Below, piece after piece: positions 26,457 to 39,034 of a stretch of 64,000 nucleotides of DNA. Source of the DNA: Podarcis vaucheri (taxonomy: Eukaryota). The notes under the pieces were generated by a model that was given only the letters and a program-made list of their open reading frames with translations, did no database searches and had not been told where the DNA came from. How positions within the stretch are numbered: the first letter of the stretch is position 1; the number at the start of each line of letters is the position of its first letter. Position numbers and translations under genes: made by a program. The stretch lies in the NCBI GenBank assembly GCA_965113315.1, contig OZ220368.1; one strand, given 5' to 3'.

Positions 26457-26742
26457 GCTTTCTGGAATTTCTGGAAAGAAAGCAGTAATCTCAAATTGTA
26501 CAGCTAAAGTGAGCACAACACTCTTGCCCTCCCCGTCCCACCAAACATCGTGTTCTTAAATCGTTAGAGATTCTAAGGCTTAAAAGGGGGTACAGCAATT
26601 TTAAGCACCAGTAACAGGATGCAAAACAAAACTAAGTCACAGAGTTTGTCTTCCTTGACACCCGCAGCTGCAGGTGCTTTTGTGCTAGAGAGGGTGTTGG
26701 TGGTGGAGTTCCTGAGAACACTGACCCAAGGACTGAGTTCAC

Positions 26743-26838
26743 TCAGATTTGGGTCAGCTGATGCCAAAGACCAGTAGGCATGAGACGCTCAATCTTCTCC
26801 ATCATGAAGCTCAAGGGTGACAAAAGAGTTCCAAAGAA
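26743..26838 (-). CDS. ST7L: ST7L terminal coding exon 15 (31 aa + TGA)
   Basis: Strong ttttcttttctttcag acceptor, phase 0 matching exon 14. Encodes FFGTLLSPLSFMMEKIERLMPTGLWHQLTQI*, colinear with the recalled ST7 tail FLSTLFAPLNFVMEKVESILPSSLWHQLTRI. Not in the ORF track. Confidence 0.9.
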   Translation of the reverse strand, partial: FFGTLLSPLSFMMEKIERLMPTGLWHQLTQI

Positions 26839-29510
26839 CTGAAAGAAAAGAAAAAGCTACAATTAAGCTTAATGCTAAAGTTAACACAGTCATTCAAGAT
26901 GTATTTTGCTGACATATTTGACTGGCCTTCATTGAACATAAGTGGAATAATTTAGGAATCAAAACAGATTAGGCTTGGCAGGGAAAAAACAGGTGTACAA
27001 TATAGTTCTTTTTATTGTTAAACTTTCTAAATAAATTTCTAAATGCTTTTTTTTTCTCAAAAGAAGAGAAACTCTGAACTTTAAATATGCAAAAAAGGTA
27101 TACATAGTGACAATGGGGGGGGGGGCGGAATCTGACTTCTCCAGAAAGATGCAGATGCTTTAAAAATAAAAGATTGTGACGAGAAATCGCTGGATTCACC
27201 AAAATATGCCTAGAAGAAAAATTCAGCTGAGAAGCTGATGGGGGAAAGGTACACAAAGAAATACATTTCTATGAAACACTGGCTTGTTAAGAATGCTAGC
27301 CTTTTTACCGTTTTGTCTTTAAACAGTTCAGTCAGTCTTAGGCATTCTGTACTTCAGGACTACGCTTATTAGAGATAGGCAAATTATGGAATAAGGCTTC
27401 AATGACAGCAAAAATAACTAACTTAAATATGGAAGCGAGGCAGAGCTAGTGCAGAAACAAAGGTTTTCAAGCCATTAGCTATATTCACTTAATAGTGCCT
27501 TAATCTTTGCTTCGACTTTACAAGAAAAAAATTGTAGGCCCTGGTGACCCCGTCCAACCCTCTCATATTCAGCACAGATACTATTTTACACAATGGACCA
27601 TCCTTTCCCCTAATTGCCTTCTATAATCCACTGGGACCTTTTGCCATTCTTCACATCAGAAAATACAGTCTAGAAAGTTGCCATTTGAAACAGTATTTTA
27701 GCTATGCAAATGGATTAATGTTGAGGGAGACAGCCATGCTATCTTCAATTGCCTTGACATAGAACAGTTTGACTCAGCTAACTCTAAAGTTAGCTCTCAT
27801 TCCAAGTAGCTTCACAGCTCCACTACTATATTAATGATACTTTTAATCAAAGGCTCATTCTTCATATCCAGGAATTACACACAGAAGCTAACCTGTAAAT
27901 TACAAGTGTCGTCTCTCAAATTAATATTACAGATTAAGATGTAGGTTAGTAAGGCAAGAAAACAGTACCTTTCATCCCTGCACATCCAGCTTGTGGGAGA
28001 CTATTTCACATAGTTCAAATGTAGGCTATTATTCATTACACATCTCCAAGCCATATACATTTTCTCACAGATAAGAAGAAGCTTCTAGTGTTTATAAATT
28101 TGAGATGCTCAGCAGCTGTGTATTAATTTAATTCTTGTGTAACTTAATGAGCCTTCCACAAAACAGTAAAGGGATTTATTCCTGTTACAAAAGCAGTTGT
28201 CATGCAATTATGTGAATTCATTTGTTGGAATTCAGAGGTCTAGCTGCCCCACCGGTATAGTCTCCAAATGAACCCAGTGCTTCAAAATAAATATGCAAGA
28301 ACACACGGAGTAGCTGATGATAGGATGACAATTTGTTACACTGGTATTTTGTGATATGTGAATTAGAGCTGCCACCTAAGGTGATTGCTTTGTATTGTTT
28401 CAGATCTAAGGATCTTTGTATTGTTACTTCAGATCTAAGGAAGTGCCATCAGCAAGACTCCATCATATGAACATTGGACGGATGGAGACACAGATGGTAC
28501 ATTCCTCTTGCTTCCTGTTTATGTTGGCAGTGAAAAGGGGAACAGAAATGAGAATAGGGCACCCAATTCTACACAGGCTCTTTTCCTTGCATATTGCTAA
28601 TGACCTCTTGTTTTTGCGAAACAACTTTTGTCATTCAACTGGCTTCTATCTCTTCAGGTTAAGCTTAAGCAACCACATAAACAAGCTCAAATAATAGTAA
28701 TCCTGGGACATTCAAAGCTTCTGGAAAGCAGGCCCTGTAACCCATTCCAGCTGCTAACAAAAGCCAATCAAGATCACTGTGCCCCACTGGACCCAATGGA
28801 AAGCTTCCATTCACTTCAATTTAGCAGCTATGAGCCAATTTTGAGCTTTCGCTGTTGGCATATTCCTTTGTGTATACGATGCAGCTATTAAAAGACTGGC
28901 TGTGGTTTTTGGCCTCTCAACAATTTTTGTTGTAGCTTGGCAAGAGGCTTGTCTGGCGATTTGATTGTAGAGGAAACAAATGAAATATTATCCAGTGAAA
29001 ATGCATAAGTCAATGTTATTCTGTTAAATAAAAGATATTAAGTTTTGTTCTTTTACAGAAGTACATAGCTGACAGAACAGATTAGACAGCTGAGAACATC
29101 CAATATCTCCTCTGTGAAATACACAGAAGAGTTGGGGGATATGAAGGAAGGCTGTATTTTAAAAGCATAAAAACTGCTCAGATATAGCCTCACATAGTCC
29201 AAATTTTAAACCTGAAAATAGGGAACAAATCTTATGTGCTTCTACCACCAGGTGTTATTACTGATCTACTTTCATAGCTAAAAAGAGCAAGAGCTTTGGT
29301 GGGGGGCAGGGTTAAGGCCAAGGACTTACCAATTTGTTGCAGGACATGTTAATAATAAGATTTTTTTTTTAAAAAAAATCCTCTAACTTACTAGAGCATG
29401 AAGCTCTGTGTTTTATCGCGTAAATGTAGAAAATGAATTAGCTACACTCACTTTCTTGAAATCTGAATGCAATCTATTTAGTAAACAAGGCAAATAATGT
29501 AATCTAAATA

Positions 29511-29789
29511 CAGTGGTACCTCGCAAGACGAATGCCTCACAAGACGAAAAACGCGCAAGACGAAAGAGTTTTCCGTTTTTTGAGTCGTTCCGCAAGACAA
29601 ATTTCCCTATGGGCTTGCTTCGCAAGACGAAACATCTTGTGAGTTCTTGCAAGTTTGTTTCCTTTTTCTTAAAGCCGCTAAGCCGTTAATAGCCGCTAAG
29701 CCGCTAATAGCTGTGCTTCGCAAGACGAAAAAACCGCAAGACGAAGAGACTCGCGGAATGGATTAATTTCGTCTTGCGAGGCACCACTG
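29511..29789. mobile_element. Tc1/mariner (Tigger-like) MITE, young
   Basis: TIRs cagtggtacctcgcaagacgaa / ttcgtcttgcgaggcaccactg; TA on both sides; many internal (c)gcaagacga copies; CpG-rich. Confidence 0.93.
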
Positions 29790-31480
29790 TAAAAGAGTCA
29801 CTCAAATGAGAGCCTAAGTGCTGTTTTTTAACCTATAAAGTGCTTAGCTTGAGCCCTACATCCCTGAGACCAACTTCCTTTCTTTGTGCTGTCATAAGCA
29901 TTAATTTCAATTGACCATGGCCTTCATGGCTGTATAAATCCACATGCCAAGTTTACACTGCCACGAAATAGAGAGGTGTTCCGTGGCTGTCCTCATAACT
30001 GAAGGTCTCACTTCACCTGGAGGTCCATCAAATTCAGAACCTGAATGTAAAACATTCGAAGCTTAAGGAAACGTAGGGTAATTATAATTTAGGAAAGACT
30101 GCACATGTGCATGTTTTAATTGCTACCTGCCCCAAGTCCTCAGGAAAGAGAAGGATATAAATTTAAATAAATAACCAAATGGTCCAATAATTAATTTAGT
30201 AGGAGCAAACTGGCTACAGTAGTGAAAATGGGTTAAGGAATGAGTGACTCAGTGATTTGCGAATAAAGCTTACACCTGTCAGCAGAAAAAAGGAACTCTC
30301 TCAATCTTCAGAAGGAATGTTGTATTATAACTTGGTATCAGTTGAGTCAAGAAGACACAGAAACATGACTATTAGCAAGAAACAAGTAGGACCAACAACA
30401 AGGCGTTGTAGTGCAGAGTGTTTGTTTACTGTTCCAATCATTCATCCCTTTTTGAAGGGTTCTTTAATTCCCACCCACTTGCTCCCCCCCCCAATATTCA
30501 GGGTTCCCCCAATATTTCCTGTGTGCTATTGTTGTTGTTTTGTGTGTGTCTAGTGTTTTGGCTATATATATAATATTCTGCAAGTCTGAACACTGAAAGA
30601 AGGAATGGTGATGGGCTCCAGGGCCATGTTCATGACAGGAGAATTCCGTATACTTTAAATAATTATGGTCCCAAAATTAAGGGGGGGGGGGGAAGAACTG
30701 GAATAAAGCCAGGCTCTTTCAGCATTGTTCACGGGCAGTTCAAAGGACCACTTTCTGTTAGATTTAATATTTATATCTTGTCTTCTGTTACAATAATACT
30801 AAAAGCAGATATTTGGTGGAGGCTTGTTAACTTTATTGGGTCACAGTGAAGTGGCAATTAAAATCACAGCCTCAGATTATACATGGCAGCAATCCTATGC
30901 CTGGAAGTAAGTCTCACTGAAATTAATGGGACTGAAAGGGCATGCACAGTATTGCACTGTTAGTATCATTGCTTTCATTAAGTTTGAAACCTTTCAAAAT
31001 TTGCACTGAAAGAAAAAAACGTTGAGTTAACCATTGAAAATTAAGAACAAATGCATTATAGACAGATGTAACAAGAGGACTAAATGTAGGTATTCATTTT
31101 TTACTATGATAGAATGATATTCTGGGTATATCAGCAAATTAGAAAATACAGGGATTACAATGTTTATCTTTTTAGATTTGTTCATATTGAAGCACATAAT
31201 TGCTTCCAGATATAACATTTTACAAGACTAAGCATGTTTCAGATGCAATTCAAAGTGAATTTGTAATGTTTGTAAAGACCAAACTGAAATTTGGTCTCCA
31301 AATAAAATTGAGCCCAATGTTACTATGCAAGAAAAACCTGCACTAACAAGATTTTGTGCTATCACTATAGTGGACAAACAGTGGCGATGTTTGCAAGTCA
31401 CATTAAACCATAGTTTTAAATGGTTTGTTTCCCAGCAGTATGGCAGCAGTAGCACCAGAGGAAAAGTGAAGTGTCTAAGA

Positions 31481-31668
31481 CAGGCATGTCCAAAGTCTGT
31501 TTGGGGGGTCCTGTCGGTCAATTTAATCTGGCCTTCATTGCAGTATATGTCCTAGGGTAAAATCCTAAAAAAGGTCAACAACTTTGGGTTAAATCCTAAG
31601 CTCACCAACCCTCATGCATGTTCACTTCATCAAATCTGGCCCTCTTTGAAAAAAGTTTGGGCACCCCG
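31481..31668. mobile_element. hAT (Charlie-like) MITE
   Basis: TIRs caggcatgtccaaa / tttgggcaccccg; TSD gtctaaga / gtctagga (NTCTAGAN-type target). Confidence 0.85.
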
Positions 31669-32480
31669 GTCTAGGATTTCAAATTAAGCCATTGTTTATT
31701 GTAACCATAGTTTGATGTGACATATGAACCAGTTCACTATAAAAAAAACACTGATTTGAACACTGTCAGCTTATTAAAAATTACTTTTAAGGAAACAAAT
31801 CATTTTGGAAAAAGATAGTTTCTAACTTAGTATATGGCATGAACGAAAACCCTGCTATTCCCATTTAACTGCTCACTAAGGTTGAAATGTTCGGTTACAG
31901 ACCTGTCCTTGTTTAACTGGGCAGATTTAGTAAGTACTTACAAAAACAGTGAGGGGCAGGTATTTTAGAAGGGGGTTCTACCTTTTTCTCACACAGTGCC
32001 TCCAAGACTATGCCTGCTGAGATATGTATGAATATTATCTAAAAATAAAAAGTATTCACTTTGTTCATACGAGAAGATCTGCAGATTCTATCTATCAATG
32101 AAGACTTCCTTAACTGTGATAGAGATGCTCCATTCATAAAGTGTTTTCTAGTATTACAGAGCAAGATTCGCATTGTAGTAAAAGAAACAACAAGGCAATA
32201 GTTTGCGCATTAATGGAGGAACCATATTTCTTTATGGGCTTGCTGTTAGTGCATGAATGAAGGGTGGAGTGGGAACCCTGTCCTTCTTCCCAATAATTCA
32301 AGCACTGATGATCAACTTTACCGGAGAAGTCTTTTTTGATGTTCTGGAGCGGTACTCATCCAGACAATATGACAAAGTCCAAAAGCATACACAAGTCAGT
32401 GCAAGCTCCCTCTGTTTAAGGAAACTCGTAAGAACAGAGCTAGTAATGACCATGTTGTTTGACATATTTGAAACTATATA

Positions 32481-32706
32481 CAGTGGTACCTCGGGTTAAG
32501 TACTTAATTCGTTCCGGAGGTCCGTACTTAACCTGAAACTGTTCTTAACCTGAAGCACCACTTTAGCTAATGGGGCCTCTTGCTGCTGCCGTGCCTCTGG
32601 AGCACGATTTCTGTTCTCATCCTGAAGCAAAGTTCTTAACCTGAAGCACTATTTCTGGGTTAGCGGAGTCTGTAACCTGAAGCGTATGTAACCCAAGGTA
32701 CCACTG
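32481..32706. mobile_element. Tc1/mariner (Tigger-like) MITE
   Basis: TIRs cagtggtacctcgggtta / taacccaaggtaccactg; TA on both sides; internal taacctgaa repeats. Confidence 0.93.
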
Positions 32707-33581
32707 TACAGTACTTCCCATCAAGCATTATTTCAAAAGAAAGTTTTATATGTGTGCATGCTAGATTTGTTTTCAGGTTTGACACTGCAATTGTTCTATA
32801 TGTAAATTAGGAAGCAACAATGAAGAAATCCAGCATAGAACTTCACTGAGCTATTCTTTGTTAGTGTAACATTTGACCTTGTATCTTGTTGGAAATCATA
32901 CAATTTTGCTAGCGCAGTCCTTGAATTAATCAAGCAGATAGTTATATTCCATTCCTTAAAAGTTAGCCAATTATGAACCACACACAAAAGTGTTACTGGC
33001 ATGTCCAGCAACATTTTCCCACATAATGAGTAACTAAATTTGGTAGAAATGAGGCCCCTGTTATCAGACCTACATATTTTGAACACTGCTTAATGAAAAG
33101 AAACTAGAATATGGATTTCATGCAACTTTGACATTCAAAAATTAGTAACTATGCTCTATTTCTGCTCTCCGCTTGTTGTAATATACATATTCAGCACACA
33201 CTCTCCATCCTAGGCTATACAATAGCAAAATCAATGATCTGGTGTATGCCCAGTTCAAAAGTTCAAGGGTAGGTACTCCGAATCACAGTACTAAACAATG
33301 TTTCACAGGAGCTAAAATTGAGGGTAATTTGGTATTTTACAGAGAGGTTGTTGCTGTTATCTTCTAATACCACAGTAGGTCAAACTACATAGATCAGCAT
33401 TTTGTTTTGGGTAATACACACAATACAAAAGGGGGATTGGGGGTCATGTTGTCCTCATGACAACAGTCGATAATCTTAAAAGTCAATAATTAAGACCACT
33501 TTCAGCCTAGATCTGCACTACCTTAACCATAGAAGCTACAAGAGACATCTGAAACAGCTGCTCGTGTGAAGAAACTCCACC

Positions 33582-33703
33582 TCATGGTACCACCAGGTGT
33601 TGTTGAACAGCAGCTCACATCATCCCTGCCCACTGGCCATGTTGTCTGGGGCTGATGGAAGACTCCCTACAAAATCTGGAGGGCACCACACTGGCTGCCC
33701 CTG
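33582..33703. mobile_element. hAT-type palindromic MITE, diverged
   Basis: catggtaccaccaggtgttgttgaac...aaatctggagggcaccacactggctgcccctg; same family as 48092. Confidence 0.6.
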
Positions 33704-35343
33704 GACTAACATCAGGCTGCTCTGACAACTGTTTCCTGGCCAAGGTCATTTCTTCTGAGATATGCTGTGAGCTGGAGATCCAGAAGGACAGTAGCAACTG
33801 AAATATCTGAGGACTGGGAAAAACCTGTATACACATCCTGCACCTCCCTTGTAACTATTGCCTATTTAAATATATTACAAGCATCTTCAAGATGTTTAGA
33901 ATAGGTGGTATAAATACTCAAAGTAAGCAACTAAAATAAAATAGTGATGAAGTGGAAGACCCTTAACAGGCATGTAGTACATCAGAAAAGAAAACAAATG
34001 ACAGTTCAGCAGATGGTACATGTGACATCATCTGTTTACATGTGTGGTTCAATGGACCTTCAAAACAATTCTGAAAAGAGGTAGGATGCTTGCTTCGAAA
34101 AGGAGGGTAAATTGAAGATATGCCAGACAATGCTCGTGCCCTGTGAATATGGAATGCATGGTGTATTTACTGTACAGTATTCATTAGCATCCTGGAAGCA
34201 TCTTCCTACCCTTCTCTGGCCTTAGAAGTATGTTTTGTGCTGATGTGTTAGTTGTTTCAGTGCCAAGGACGGATTTGTTTGTTTGCTCATGCAATTTTAA
34301 GGGGTTGAGCGGAGTAGTAGTTAGTCTGCTTTGTGGTCTTAATAATGGTTTTAGTTGTTCCTGTTGTTTTAATGTATTGAACCAAGTCTATACAACATTT
34401 TGTGACACTGTATCTAAGTGTATGCATTTTAGCTGGTATCCTGCCCTGGAAGCCTTTGGGATGAATGATGGACAAGAAATAGCCAGTAAGTAAATAAATA
34501 ACATTTGCATAATTCAGGCTATTAATCAAAGCAGTCAGCTTGAAGAAGAGTTCATTCAAACGTCTACCTGATCCCTTTTCAGAATACCAGTTTAGGTAAC
34601 TAAAGCCCTCATGACTCAAGCTTCTAAACATATTAGAATGATTACTGACTATCAAGAAAACATGTTGAATATTGAACTCTACAAAATGTTAGCCAATTGT
34701 CCTGATCTTCTGATATAACCACTGAAAACTGGCCAAAGATAGCACTTTCTTTACCTTTACAACCCTCTTTAAGAATTCTTGTCAATGAGAGCATTTGTTA
34801 TTGAAGTTGTATTTGTAATGGGTCCCATTTTGCCTCTCCCATGTGACATATCTCAAATTATTTTTATTTCACCATATAATTTTATTCTGCAGTTTGAACA
34901 ATGCTACTTGTACTTCTTGTTGTTATAAAGTCCACTTATCTCTTTGATAATTGTGTTTGCCTTGTGCTATCAATACAAAGAGCAAATCACATAGTGAAAA
35001 TTGACCGCCTTCCTGCCAGAGTAAGCTATCTACATAATCAAAAAAGCTTACAGAAACATAGTGTTTTAAAAGCATAAAGTAAAATCCTTTTAGGCTCCAG
35101 AGACTTAACTTGCCATATTTACCATACATGGAATGGAAACTAAACAGTATTAGGGTAAATAGACAAGCAATGCTTCCATTCAGACCATATAAAAGAAGTT
35201 TTCTTTGGTTAGCCACTAGCTCCCAGGGTACAGAAAGAAAGAATGCAACCGTTTATTTATTATTTGTATATGTACTTAATATGTAACAGGATACTGGGAG
35301 ATAGTCTCAATATTTTCATGCTAATAATTCAAACGCTGTAAGT

Positions 35344-35459
35344 TAGGGTTGCCATATTTCAAACAGTGAAAATCTGGACAAAAAAATTTCCAGCTTTTTT
35401 TGGCAAAGTAGTTGAGATTTTTGGGCAAAAAACAGTATTCCGGAAGTATGGCAACCCTA
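35344..35459. mobile_element. hAT MITE, internally deleted relative of 445-686
   Basis: Perfect 13-bp TIRs tagggttgccata / tatggcaacccta; TSD ctgtaagt / ctgtaatt. Confidence 0.9.
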
Positions 35460-35780
35460 CTGTAATTATTAGCAAATCCTTACAGTCAAAGAAAAACTGC
35501 ATGTGGTTTGAAATGGCTTAAGAGCCCCCATGTCCTGCTTTAAAACTGGAAATTGTGGTACATCAGATGTTTCCCCATAATGAAATACAGTCCAGCTGCC
35601 GAAAGAAAACCAAGATCGCCATGTATCACCTCTGAAAAATCCCCTCTTGAAAAAAGAGGAACACTGAGCTATGCTGAATCAGGTTTTTAGATGCCCATTG
35701 TTCTGAATTAGTTTATAGTGTCCCAGAGATGGTTTCTGCATGTCATATAAATACATTAAGTAAGTTGAGTCAATACTTAC

Positions 35781-35920
35781 AGCTTTAGCAAAAATGACCA
35801 TAAGTTCCGGGAACTGGTGTGTGAGGAGCGCTAACATTGCTGTGAAAGAGCACAGCCCTGCAGTAAAGTGGATGAAAAAAGGAAGTTCCTTCTGCGGGTA
35901 CACAGACACATCATGAAATG
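35781..35920 (-). CDS. ST7L: ST7L exon 14 (140 nt)
   Basis: ttccttccag acceptor, GTAAGT donor; [47 protein letters not shown] (hydrophobic segment). Confidence 0.96.
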
Positions 35921-38900
35921 CTGGAAGGAAGGGGGGAAATGGCAATAGTTATTTGATATTCCAGGTATTTTAGGGATGGTTAGATAAAGGTCGTGATTTT
36001 GCAAAGAAGAAAGACCTATCTGAGATGAACTATGATCTAACTTTAAATAGAGGGGAGGAATCTGCAACACTGATTCAATTAAGAATTATTTTAAAATACA
36101 CCCTTTGCAGTTAAGATATACATCAGTGAAAGCCTCAATGGAGTAAAACGTTCTTCCCTTTTAAGAATTGACCAAAGCAACAGAATTTTTAAAATTTGAA
36201 ACCTGCTGGGGAGTAGCAGCATAAAAAGCGTTAAGATGATTTTATTTATGGATAGTTTTGTATTTAAAAACTTAACAGGAATGCGTGAGTGATTGTGCTG
36301 AAATGTCTTCATGCACTAGAGTTTAATTATAACGGGAAGCCGATGGCTTAGGGTTCGTCACTAGCAGAGGCATTCCTTGAGCAATATCCTGCATGAGTGA
36401 GAAATGAGTAATTTAGAGCAGTCTGGGGGCAGATTTTAATTAATTTTTAAACAGAGCTTTTCAAGATTTAATTTTTTTATTGAATTGCAAAAATATGCAA
36501 GTGCACTTGTGGCAGATGTGCCCCTTGGCTGCTTTAGTTATAAGTATGCCGTATACTTTATGAAACAAAGTTCTCCCAAGATGGAGAAGTTAACACTTAT
36601 CAGAATCTCACCAGCACCTAGCATGAAACAAAACCCTCATTATAAAATAAAGGGGCACCAAAATTCTCGCACTTAGCAACTGAGAAGTATATTTTCAGAT
36701 CACTTTACAAAGGATCGTTCATGGGCTACTATCAAGAGCCTAACTCAAGGTTAGAATTTACCAGTGTGTCAAATAACCTCTATTTTTGCATAGATTCTAG
36801 TACAAGTCAACTACATGTGATTAGGAAACTCTAGTGGTTAGGAAGCTCTATGGCTGTCTGGTATGAGTAAGGCAGGTTTGCCATTTTATAAGGGCTGGTT
36901 GCTGGTTAAGTGTTTTTGACCACTTTCTGGTTAAATCAATTGTGACAGCCATGCCTCCTAAGGGTTTGACATTCAGAAGGCCAAAACAACCTCACTTTTA
37001 TTAGGGCTTTATACCAAAGTATTTCAAAACTCATGCTTTTTAATTGCAATTGTTTATCATACCAGACTTGAAACATCTTAGCAATCCTTTGAAGACCATA
37101 CACATTTCTTGTAGGAAGTGCTTATGCATGAAAAAATAATTTTTGAAAAGGTGGGATCACCACAAGCAAGAGTTGCACATGGATCTATTTCACTCCCCAT
37201 TCTGTAATATTCCTATAGAACAATCTATGTCATTAACATATTTTTTCCCTACAGAAAATATTGAACATATGAAACATTCCTGATCTGACTACAGGATTCG
37301 GTTGTTTAAGTGAATGGCACCCTTCCTAGCACGCCAGGAATTTCTCTGTGAGTGTAACTCATTTTTACCTATCTAACAGAACATATTTTCGAGTAAGGTT
37401 TTTCATTGCCTAACTTTCATGTTCACCTATCTTTAAAATTCAGTTTACTTTACATCTATCTCCAAACATCTGAGAGCTGAGCAACTCTCGCAACATACAG
37501 AAAAATACAAAAGTACACAGCATGCCAAGCTATGTGCTTGTGTCATGGCAATATATGTGCTTAAAACAGCCATACTAGCTGGAATCTTTAGGTATGGCAC
37601 ATTTCCAGCATGGGTCTGTGCTGAGCAAGTTGACCTTGGGCCAGTTTCTCTCCTCATTTGAGTATAGCCGTTTAGAAGCCAGAAAGAAAATAGCCTTTTT
37701 TTATTTAAAACATTGAGTTAAAGCTCCAAAGTGTTATCTGAAACTGCAGGTTAAGCAAATGTATGCAAGTCTAATTATTAAATATTTATATCATGCCTTT
37801 TTATAGTACAGTCTCCAAGGTGACCAACATAAATATACAAGACAATTCAGATAAAGGCCTCTATACCACCCACAAATGTAGGTCTTCAATCAAGCCGTGC
37901 AGGTTGCTTACTGAAGGAGTGCAGCAGCTTCTCGCTGATGTGATGGTGTCTAAAATGGCACGATGACCATTCTGAAACCTAGATATTGAGCATTTTCTTC
38001 ACAGTGGAAATGTCCACAAAAGTACTGATCAAACTGACGTTCCCACAAGGGAAGCACTCATTCAATATATTTTCCCACCAGAGAGAAATTGTCATTCTGG
38101 CCTGGGGTGTGTGGAGGAGAACACAGGCCATTTAAAATGCTCTTCCCTTTTGATAGAACTGATCTAGAGTGCAGAGAATGCTGCTGCAGTCAAACAAGTA
38201 GAGAAAGAAACTCAACAACCACAAAGCCGAGAGGCAGTATTGTCAAGTAACAGAGACTGGCTAAAGACACAAAAGGGGACAATGATATTTTAACGTCACT
38301 CCTTTTGGAAACATTCCCCTCCTCAGGTTATCTTCATAGCACAGAACTCACCACAGCACAACTCCATTCCATACCAGTCATCTTTATGATTATTTCGTAT
38401 TATTTTTATGGTATTTTATGTTCTATTGTATCTGTATATATATATATATATATTGCTGTATACAGCAAGGTATTTTATATGTGCGTGTGTGTGTAATAAA
38501 TACGAATGTCATAGGATCTTGTACTAGAAACTCCAAGTCGTGTGGAAAAGAGAACAAGCCACAGCTCTTCCCCACACCAGTGTCTCACCTCCTGGCCACC
38601 AGAGGCAATTCTGCTGTGGGGAGAAGTCATACTGAGGTGGTCTCTCCCAAAGTGTGAGGTGTTGACATTTCCTTTGCAGAATGGGAAGGAGTTGGACCAC
38701 AATCCCTCCACCACTTCAAATATAAGATACAAAAGGGGGCTAATTTACATTGTTGGATAGCTGCTTCATTTATTTAAAAGCTAACTGCATTCAGTGTACA
38801 AGTGTATGGAATATTTATTGTATGCATGTATAGACACACAGGTATTCCACTTGAGCACAATGCCACACAGAAAGAGAACAGACTTTTGTGATTAACTGTA

Positions 38901-38941
38901 GATGGAAAAAATAAAATGTGAGAAATGGAACATTTTCTTAC

Positions 38942-39034
38942 TTGGTAATAACTCTCTGTCTGCTGTCTCAGTGCAGCTGGGATAAGGATAAAATAGATGG
39001 CCCTTTTCTAATGGATATGGGATCATTCTAAAGG
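38942..39034 (-). CDS. ST7L: ST7L exon 13 (93 nt)
   Basis: cttcctcag acceptor, GTAAGA donor; [31 protein letters not shown]. Confidence 0.96.

Noticed and set aside
28388-28441. Short tandem duplications (also about 11225, 16617, 46044, 55008)
   Set aside because: Ordinary two-copy slippage duplications with no sign of function.
30008-30040. Possible terminal exon VLNLMDLQVK* after ttttacattcag
   Set aside because: Only the first two residues resemble the human tail, and I saw no nearby poly(A) signal.
37912-37971. Possible 60-nt in-frame cassette exon in ST7L intron 13 (KWSSCHFRHHHISEKLLHSF) with a GTAAGC donor
   Set aside because: The polypyrimidine tract is poor, a competing AG lies 7 nt upstream, and I know of no homology.
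37938-38030. C/D-box snoRNA-like pattern (gtgatgg...ctga)
   Set aside because: The C box is imperfect, internal boxes are in the wrong order, the terminal stem is 3 bp, and it is antisense to the host gene.
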